Assembly: GCA_028713575.1 (NCBI GenBank)
Contig: JAQTOB010000001.1
Span: 1 to 32,000 of the forward strand
Length of the DNA: 32,000 nt
Direction of reading: 5' to 3'
Source: Patescibacteria group bacterium
GTDB lineage: Bacteria; Patescibacteriota; Patescibacteriia; UBA2591; UBA6264
Shown: piece by piece, positions 26,521 through 32,000 of the stretch
Layout of the letters: every line of letters begins with the position of its first letter
Numbering within the stretch: position 1 is the stretch's first letter
The notes under the pieces: model-generated
The model's database searches: none
What the model was told of the DNA's origin: nothing
What the model saw: the letters and a program-made list of their open reading frames with translations, nothing else
Program-made: the position numbers and the translations under genes

Positions 26521-26736
26521 ATGATTAAAAAATTTCTCCGCGGTTATAACATGTCTTTTGAAGAAAATTCTTTAAAGGGATTTGAACATTTAGCTTATGT
26601 TTTGTCTTTTGAAGAAGCAGAGGCGCTCTTTAAATCCGCTTATCTCTCCGGTAAAACCTATTTTGAAGACCGGGCGGGAAGAAATTATACTTTAATCAGC
26701 CAAAATCGGTTTTCTTTTGAACTTAAAAAAAGATAA
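26521..26736 (+). CDS. Hypothetical small protein (71 aa; alternative start at M11)
   Basis: ORF only, with no recognisable motif. First plus-strand gene after the polarity switch. Confidence 0.35.
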   Translation: MIKKFLRGYNMSFEENSLKGFEHLAYVLSFEEAEALFKSAYLSGKTYFEDRAGRNYTLISQNRFSFELKKR

Positions 26737-26859
26737 CAATCCTTTATAAGTTTCTTCCACATATAATATACACTAAGAAATTCATCGCTAGAGCAGAGGC
26801 GTTAAAAAAATAATTAAAAAGTTCTTGAGGGAGAAAATTCATTAAAAATTTATCAACAT

Positions 26860-26930
26860 GCCCCCGTAGCTCAATGGCAGAGCAGTAGCCTTTTAAGCTA
26901 TTGATTAGGGTTCGATTCCCTGCGGGGGTA
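26860..26930 (+). tRNA. tRNA-Lys (anticodon TTT)
   Basis: Acceptor GCCCCCG/CGGGGGT (G1-U72), D-arm GCTC-AATGGCA-GAGC, anticodon stem GTAGC/GCTAT with loop CTTTTAA, T-arm TAGGG-TTCGATT-CCCTG. 71 nt, no CCA. Confidence 0.88.
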
Positions 26931-26942
26931 TTTTTATTTTTC

Positions 26943-27037
26943 AACTCAATGGCGCCTGCCCGCCGGCAGGCAGGGATCCGTCAGCTGACGGACTTTTAAA
27001 CTATTGATTAGGATTTCCACCAGTTGGCGGAGGGGTA
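26943..27037 (+). other. Degenerate tRNA-Lys-like tandem copy interrupted by three GC-rich hairpins
   Basis: Three segments match the tRNA. AACTCAATGGC matches the D-arm AGCTCAATGGC. CTTTTAAACTATTGATTAGGATT matches 26890..26912 at 21 of 23 positions. GGGGTA matches the 3' end. Between them lie hairpins at 26954..26971 (7 bp perfect), 26978..26991 (perfect palindrome) and 27016..27031 (6 of 7 bp). There is no 5' acceptor strand. Confidence 0.6.
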
Positions 27038-27333
27038 ATTTTTAAGCCAAAGCCTCAGAATTATAAAATTCCAGATAAAATATAAACGACATCTTCTTGC
27101 TTTTTTCCCGTTATTTATAACTGGGCCGGAGAGGAGTTAAAATAGCCCCTGACTAATTGCCAAAAACCATTATACTGATTAATGGTTATATATCTCAAGT
27201 TGAAATGGAATACCTCTTATAATATATAATATGCGCAATTATTCAAAAAAAACAAACAAAAAAATGATTCGTTTTCAAACGCCCAGTTCGTTTATTATTA
27301 GAAAATCTTTTAAAAATACAAGAAGTAAAGAGC

Positions 27334-27363
27334 GGGTTTTAAACAAGACCCATTTTTCTTTTT
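27334..27363 (+). terminator. Terminator/attenuator-like hairpin 39 nt upstream of the P-type ATPase start
   Basis: GGGTTTT-AAAC-AAGACCC (7-bp stem including one G-U) followed by ATTTTTCTTTTT. Confidence 0.5.
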
Positions 27364-27401
27364 GAAAAAAAATGTTAAAATTATCTTATTAAAGATAAAA
27401 T

Positions 27402-29996
27402 ATGAATGAAATTTGGCACAATTTATCAATCAATAAAGTTTTGGAAATCATGGACATTGATAAGAGTGGTTTAGATATTGAGAAGGTCCGAGAAAAACAA
27501 AAAAAATTCGGAAAAAATAAATTGCCGGAAAAAGAAAAATTTTCCGCCTTAAAAATATTTTTTTCTCAATTTAAGACTCCATTGGTTTATGTTCTCATTA
27601 TAGCTGCATTTATTTCTTTGGCCTTAAAAGAATTTATTGATATGGGAATCATCGTCGTTGCCGTTCTAATTAACGCCAGCGTCGGATTTATCCAGGAATA
27701 CAAAGCGGAAAAAACATTCAATCATCTAAAAAAAATGGTTAATCATTCCGCCCGAGTATTAAGAACCCAAAACAATAAGCAAGAAGAACATATTATCAAT
27801 AGTCAAGAAATTGTTCCCGGAGATATTATTATTATTGAAGCAGGCGACATTGTCCCAGCCGACGCTCGCCTAATTGAATCCTGTAATTTAGAAGCGGTTG
27901 AATCGATTTTAACCGGTGAATCAACCCCTTCAAGCAAAACAACTGATACTTTAAATCAAGGAGCCCCTCTGGCTGACAGGGAAAATATGGTTTATTCCGG
28001 AACCACCATTACTCGAGGAAAAGCACGAGCTGTCGTAATTGCTACAGGAATAAAGACAGAATTGGGCAAAATTGCCAGCATGATTAAAAATACCGAAAAT
28101 GATCAAACGCCTCTTCAAAAAAAAATTGACCGTTTATCCAAAATAATCGGCTCAATTATTGCTGTTCTTTGTTTAGGTCTTTTTATTATCGGCTTAATCT
28201 TAGGTCGTCCGTTTCTTGAAATTCTCCTCATTTCCGTAGCCGTGGCCGTCGCCGGCGTTCCCGAAGGACTGGTCATTGCCGTCACCATCTGTTTGGCCGT
28301 CGGCATGCAAAGAATCTTAAAAAAGAAAGCTTTAACTAGAAAATTAGTCGCAGCAGAAACTCTTGGCTCTACTACAATAATTTGTTCTGATAAAACAGGA
28401 ACTTTAACTGAAGGGAAAATGACAATCGCTCAAATTATTCCTTATAAAACAGAATCTCAAGAATTGCTGAAAGCCGGACTGCTCTGCAATAACGTGGTTA
28501 TAGAAAACGAAAACGATGATTTAAAAAATTGGAAAATTACCGGAGATACAACAGAGATTGCCTTATTTCAAGGAGCAATTCAAGCCGGACTGAATAGAAA
28601 AGAATTATGGAAAAAATATCCGCGAATTAATGAAATTCCTTTTGATTCTGAAAACATGTATATGGTTACACATCATCAAGCCCCGGACAAAAAGAAAAAT
28701 ATTTTATTGATTAAGGGCGCGCCAGAAAAAATTTTAAATTTAATTTCACTCTCAAGTGAAAAAAAAGAACAAATAAAAAAACAATTTGAAAAATTAACTA
28801 TTAAGGGTTTAAGGATTTTGGGTTTTGCTCAAAAAACATTAAACAATAAAATTACTTTAATTGATGACGACTTAAAAAATATGAATTTTCTCGGTTTAAT
28901 TGCCCTTAAAGATCCCTTGCGAGCAGAAGCTAAAGAAACCATTAATGATTGTAAGATGGCGGGTATTAGACCAATTATTCTTACCGGCGATCATCAATTA
29001 ACCGCTAAAACCATTGGTCAAGAAATTGGTTTGATTAAATCAAATGGTGCTATTCTTCGGGGAGAGGATTTGGACAAACTTTCAGATAAAGAACTTGGTG
29101 AAAAAATAAAAAAAATAAATGTTTTCGCCCGAGTTGAACCAAAACACAAAATTAGAATTGTTGATATTTTACAAAATCAAGGAGAAGTGGTCGCCATGAC
29201 CGGAGACGGCGTTAATGATGCGCCGGCCATTAAATCAGCCGATGTCGGCATAGCTTTGGGCTCTGGCTCAGAAGTAACCAAAGAAACTGCTGACGTGATT
29301 TTACTTGATGATAATTTTAAAACTATTGTTGAAATAGTAAAAACTGGTCGGAATATTTTTGACAATATTAAAAAAGTTGTTCTTTTCTTGTTTAGCGGAA
29401 CTTTTACTGAATTTCTTCTTATTGGTGGACCGTTGCTCTTTGGCTTCCCGTTGCCTGTGTTAGCTGGACAAATTCTTTGGATTAATATTATTGAAGACAC
29501 TTTGCCAGCCATGGCCTTATCTTATGAAAAAGAAAATAAAGAGGTCTTGAAAGAAAGGCCACGCGGTCATCATCATGAAATCTTGGACAAGGAAATGAAA
29601 TTTTTAATTTTTATTGTCGGGATTGCCACTGACTTAATTTTGTTAGCTCTTTTTGTCTATCTTTATAAAATCAATTTTGAACTGACACATATCAGAACAA
29701 TAATTTTCGTTGGCTTGGGAATTGACACCCTGTTTTATGTTTTTTCCTGTAAAAATTTAAAAAAATCAATTTGGAAATATAATCCTTTTGACAATCTCTT
29801 TCTCAATATCAGTGTACTTATTGGTTGGTTAATGCTTTTAATTGCTGTTTATATCCCATTTTTTCAAAAAATTCTTAAATTAACACCGCTTTACTGGAAT
29901 GATTGGTTGCTCTTAATTAGTTTAGGTTTGATTGAAATTATATTGGTAGAAATTGGTAAAATTTTTTTCATCCATCATCGTTTTAAAAAAATATGA
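27402..29996 (+). CDS. Cation-transporting P-type ATPase (type IIA-like, Ca2+/Mg2+ family)
   Basis: N-terminal cation-ATPase domain, TGES, PEGL, phosphorylation site ICSDKTGTLT, TGDGVNDAPA(I)K hinge, and about 10 TM helices. 864 aa. Confidence 0.92.
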   Translation: MNEIWHNLSINKVLEIMDIDKSGLDIEKVREKQKKFGKNKLPEKEKFSALKIFFSQFKTPLVYVLIIAAFISLALKEFIDMGIIVVAVLINASVGFIQEYKAEKTFNHLKKMVNHSARVLRTQNNKQEEHIINSQEIVPGDIIIIEAGDIVPADARLIESCNLEAVESILTGESTPSSKTTDTLNQGAPLADRENMVYSGTTITRGKARAVVIATGIKTELGKIASMIKNTENDQTPLQKKIDRLSKIIGSIIAVLCLGLFIIGLILGRPFLEILLISVAVAVAGVPEGLVIAVTICLAVGMQRILKKKALTRKLVAAETLGSTTIICSDKTGTLTEGKMTIAQIIPYKTESQELLKAGLLCNNVVIENENDDLKNWKITGDTTEIALFQGAIQAGLNRKELWKKYPRINEIPFDSENMYMVTHHQAPDKKKNILLIKGAPEKILNLISLSSEKKEQIKKQFEKLTIKGLRILGFAQKTLNNKITLIDDDLKNMNFLGLIALKDPLRAEAKETINDCKMAGIRPIILTGDHQLTAKTIGQEIGLIKSNGAILRGEDLDKLSDKELGEKIKKINVFARVEPKHKIRIVDILQNQGEVVAMTGDGVNDAPAIKSADVGIALGSGSEVTKETADVILLDDNFKTIVEIVKTGRNIFDNIKKVVLFLFSGTFTEFLLIGGPLLFGFPLPVLAGQILWINIIEDTLPAMALSYEKENKEVLKERPRGHHHEILDKEMKFLIFIVGIATDLILLALFVYLYKINFELTHIRTIIFVGLGIDTLFYVFSCKNLKKSIWKYNPFDNLFLNISVLIGWLMLLIAVYIPFFQKILKLTPLYWNDWLLLISLGLIEIILVEIGKIFFIHHRFKKI

Positions 29997-30202
29997 TGTT
30001 CATTTATATTTTATGTTTTTGTTATTATCTTAATCTTGTTTATCTTATTTAAAAATGCACAACAAATAATTAAATCTTTTCATAAAAAGAAACCGTGCTT
30101 TGTTCTCTATGTTGCTTTCATTATTATTTAATTTTTGATAAAATAGTATACGAAAAACGCACTATAAAAATTTATAGGTAACAAAAAATCATATTTATTC
30201 TT

Positions 30203-31498
30203 ATGTATATTTCACTTAAAAACCTTCAAAAACATTTAAATAAAATTGTGACCTTAAGGGGATGGATATATAATTTTCGTTCTTCCGGTTCAATTATGTT
30301 TTTGCAGCTAAGAGACGGAACCGGTTTTATTCAGGCAATTTTAAATAAATCAGATATTGATGAAAAAAAATGGATTGAGGCACAAAAAATTAGCTTAGAA
30401 ACATCTCTTGAATTAACTGGAAAATTAACCATGCATCCGAAAAATAAAAATGAGTTTGAAGTGCAAATAAAAAATTTTAAAATCTATCAAATCCCTAAAG
30501 ATGATTATCCGATTAGTAAAAAAGAACATGGACCTGAATTTTTATTAGATAATCGCCACTTGTGGTTACGTTCCCGTCGTCAATGGGCCATTCAACGTAT
30601 TCGCGACACCTTAATTCGCGCCACTTACGAATGGATGCATAATAATAATTTTACAAAAATTGATTCTCCCATCCTAACGCCGTCCGCCTGCGAAGGAACA
30701 ACCACGCTTTTTGGTGTAAAATACTTTGATTTGGGTAAGGCCTACTTATCCCAATCTGGCCAATTATATTTAGAAGCGGCTATTGCCTCTTGGGGAAAAG
30801 TTTATGATTTCGGTCCGGTTTTCCGCGCGGAAAAATCAAAAACCAGAAGACACTTAACCGAATTCTGGATGATGGACGCAGAAATGGCCTTTATAGAACA
30901 TGAAGAAAATTTAAAAATTCAGGAAAATCTTATTTCCTTTATGATTAAAAAAGTTTTAGTTGAAAATCAGGAAGAACTAAAAATTTTGGAACGCGACCCC
31001 GAACCCTTGAAAAAAATCAAACCACCCTTTTATCGGATTACTCATCAAGAAGCAATAAAAAAACTGCAAAAATTAGGCAGTAAAACAAGGGAAACCGAAG
31101 ATTTAGGCGGAGAAGACGAAACAATTATAACCAAACAATATGACAAGCCCTTGTTTGTTGAAAAATATCCCGCTCAGGTAAAATCTTTTTATATGAAACG
31201 CAACCCCAAAAATCCTTCCCTTGTTCTTTGCGCCGACTTGCTGGCGCCAGAGGGTTATGGTGAAATCATTGGCGGCTCGCAAAGAGAAGACAATTATGAC
31301 GAATTAATAAAAAGAATTAAAGAAAATAATTTACCTTTGGAAAACTTTAAATGGTATTTAGACCTACGCCGTTATGGGAGTATTCCTCACTCCGGGTTCG
31401 GTTTTGGATTAGAACGAATTGTCGCCTGGCTTTGCGGCTTGACGCATGTTCGGGAAACCATTCCCTTTCCCCGACTAATTAACAGGCTAAATCCTTAA
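30203..31498 (+). CDS. asnS: Asparagine--tRNA ligase
   Basis: Class IIb. OB-fold N-terminus (LRGWIYNFRSSGSIMFLQLRDGTGFIQ), EFLLDNRHLWLRS, motif 2 (FRAEKSKTRRHLTEFWMMDAEMAF), motif 3 (GFGFGLERIVAWL...IPFPR). Closely parallels bacterial AsnRS as I recall it. Confidence 0.92.
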   Translation: MYISLKNLQKHLNKIVTLRGWIYNFRSSGSIMFLQLRDGTGFIQAILNKSDIDEKKWIEAQKISLETSLELTGKLTMHPKNKNEFEVQIKNFKIYQIPKDDYPISKKEHGPEFLLDNRHLWLRSRRQWAIQRIRDTLIRATYEWMHNNNFTKIDSPILTPSACEGTTTLFGVKYFDLGKAYLSQSGQLYLEAAIASWGKVYDFGPVFRAEKSKTRRHLTEFWMMDAEMAFIEHEENLKIQENLISFMIKKVLVENQEELKILERDPEPLKKIKPPFYRITHQEAIKKLQKLGSKTRETEDLGGEDETIITKQYDKPLFVEKYPAQVKSFYMKRNPKNPSLVLCADLLAPEGYGEIIGGSQREDNYDELIKRIKENNLPLENFKWYLDLRRYGSIPHSGFGFGLERIVAWLCGLTHVRETIPFPRLINRLNP

Positions 31499-31503
31499 AA
31501 CTT

Positions 31504-31824
31504 ATGAAAGAAAAAATTGAGAAAAACTCTTTTGCTCTGACGGAAAAACAGCAAAAAATAGAAAAAAATCTAAAGGACTCTTTAAAATCAATTGAAAAAA
31601 TCAAAGAGACGCTGGAAGAAAAAAACTTTTTTGAGGAGGATTCCGTCAAAATTACTTCCCTTTTAAGAAAAAAATATCCTGATGCGGAAAAATACTATCT
31701 TTATCACTTAGTTGCCGGTAGCACACCAAGTCCAGAAAAATCTCTTTATTTTGACTTCCCGGGCGAAGATTCTATCTACGAAATTCTGCGAAAACTATTA
31801 AAAAACTTACTCTCCAAATTATAA
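31504..31824 (+). CDS. Hypothetical protein (106 aa)
   Basis: ORF only. Tightly spaced between asnS and aspS. No recognisable motif. Confidence 0.4.
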   Translation: MKEKIEKNSFALTEKQQKIEKNLKDSLKSIEKIKETLEEKNFFEEDSVKITSLLRKKYPDAEKYYLYHLVAGSTPSPEKSLYFDFPGEDSIYEILRKLLKNLLSKL

Positions 31825-31835
31825 ACACAAACGAT

Positions 31836-32000
31836 ATGGAAAAAATAAAAAACATTCAAATAACGGATAATGTTGGAAAAAATGTTACTCTCCACGGATG
31901 GGTAAATGATTGTAAAAATTTAGGGCAAATTACCTTTATTTATTTACGTGACCGTTCTGGTTTGGCACAAATCGTTTTCGCCCCCTCCGAACTTGACGAT
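31836..32000 (+). CDS. aspS: Aspartate--tRNA ligase, 5' fragment (runs off the right edge)
   Basis: Hand translation: MEKIKNIQITDNVGKNVTLHGWVNDCKNLGQITFIYLRDRSGLAQIVFAPSELDD. This fits the class IIb OB-fold pattern (V.L.GWV....G...F..LRDR.G..Q.V) typical of AspRS. Only 55 codons are visible. Confidence 0.6.
   Translation, partial: MEKIKNIQITDNVGKNVTLHGWVNDCKNLGQITFIYLRDRSGLAQIVFAPSELDD

Noticed and set aside
26744-26944. 66-aa ORF on the minus strand
   Set aside because: It runs antisense through tRNA-Lys(TTT) and has no supporting features.
27231-27365. Possibility that the 44-codon basic ORF is a ribosomal protein L34 (same length; FQTPS and RVL resemble FQPS and RKVL)
   Set aside because: The hallmark HGFR.RM and RR.KGR..L motifs are absent, so the similarity is too weak. 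It is kept only as a possible leader ORF in the ATPase-leader finding.
27038-27401. Known metal riboswitch (M-box or yybP-ykoY) upstream of the P-type ATPase
   Set aside because: I could not find the conserved cores as I recall them (for example GGGGAGUAG and UUGACAUAC for yybP-ykoY). GGAGAGGAG and CTGACTAAT are only vague resemblances. A covariance-model scan is needed.
550-29512. Numerous 60-138-aa ORFs nested inside or antisense to large genes (e.g. 550..819, 1628..1921, 4576..4962, 9394..9810, 11049..11360, 14253..14624, 25412..25699, 28115..28306, 29177..29512)
   Set aside because: They have low-complexity or Ser/Pro/Lys-rich shadow-frame products and are fully contained in well-supported genes. 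No independent signals support them.
29993-30052. 19-codon hydrophobic ORF (MMFIYILCFCYYLNLVYLI) overlapping the ATPase stop codon; considered as a KdpF/MgtR/sarcolipin-like pump-associated micropeptide
   Set aside because: It is too short for a confident TM helix. T-rich spacers generate such frames by chance, and I cannot assess conservation.
1-32000. CRISPR arrays, IS elements or transposases, integrases, toxin-antitoxin pairs, restriction-modification or other defence islands
   Set aside because: There are no regularly spaced direct repeats and no ORF with recognisable transposase, integrase, nuclease-defence or methyltransferase motifs (other than rsmI). The only mobile element I can support is the nrdD intein.

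Overview
AT-rich (roughly one-third GC by eye), tightly packed window with short intergenic gaps. Genes run almost entirely on the minus strand from 1 to about 26.4 kb, then on the plus strand to the end. The content is housekeeping and fits a small, reduced bacterial genome. A Patescibacteria/CPR (Parcubacteria-like) origin is my inference from gene content, not a database result. Supporting content: split ComEC, FemAB plus a PBP5-like carboxypeptidase, DUF5652/DUF192/DUF167 small proteins, and class III RNR.

Recognisable genes: comEC (two ORFs), prfB, htrA-like protease, nrdG, nrdD, cvpA, metG, rsmI, dnaJ, rpmG (missed by the ORF track), fba, tpiA, a D-Ala-D-Ala carboxypeptidase, a FemAB-family transferase, dCMP deaminase, xth, a translin-family protein, recR, dnaB, a P-type IIA-like cation ATPase, asnS and the 5' end of aspS. 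There are five tRNAs: Trp-CCA, Thr-TGT, Tyr-GTA, Thr-GGT and Lys-TTT. None encodes its 3' CCA. UGA is a stop codon: prfB carries the classical CUU UGA C autoregulatory site and the ATPase ends in TGA.

I found no CRISPR array, transposase, integrase, toxin-antitoxin pair or recognisable defence or secretion locus, and no coherent multi-gene novel system. The items most worth a second look are:
- a 322-aa LAGLIDADG intein in nrdD with a non-canonical Gly-Asn C-terminus
- a GC-rich leader/trailer helix enclosing tRNA-Thr(GGT), next to a tRNA-sized non-tRNA spacer
- a degenerate tandem tRNA-Lys copy whose stems are replaced by GC-rich hairpins, followed by a long structured leader in front of the P-type ATPase
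- a frameshifted Cys-rich small gene
- an orphan 453-aa membrane protein of unknown function
- the split comEC
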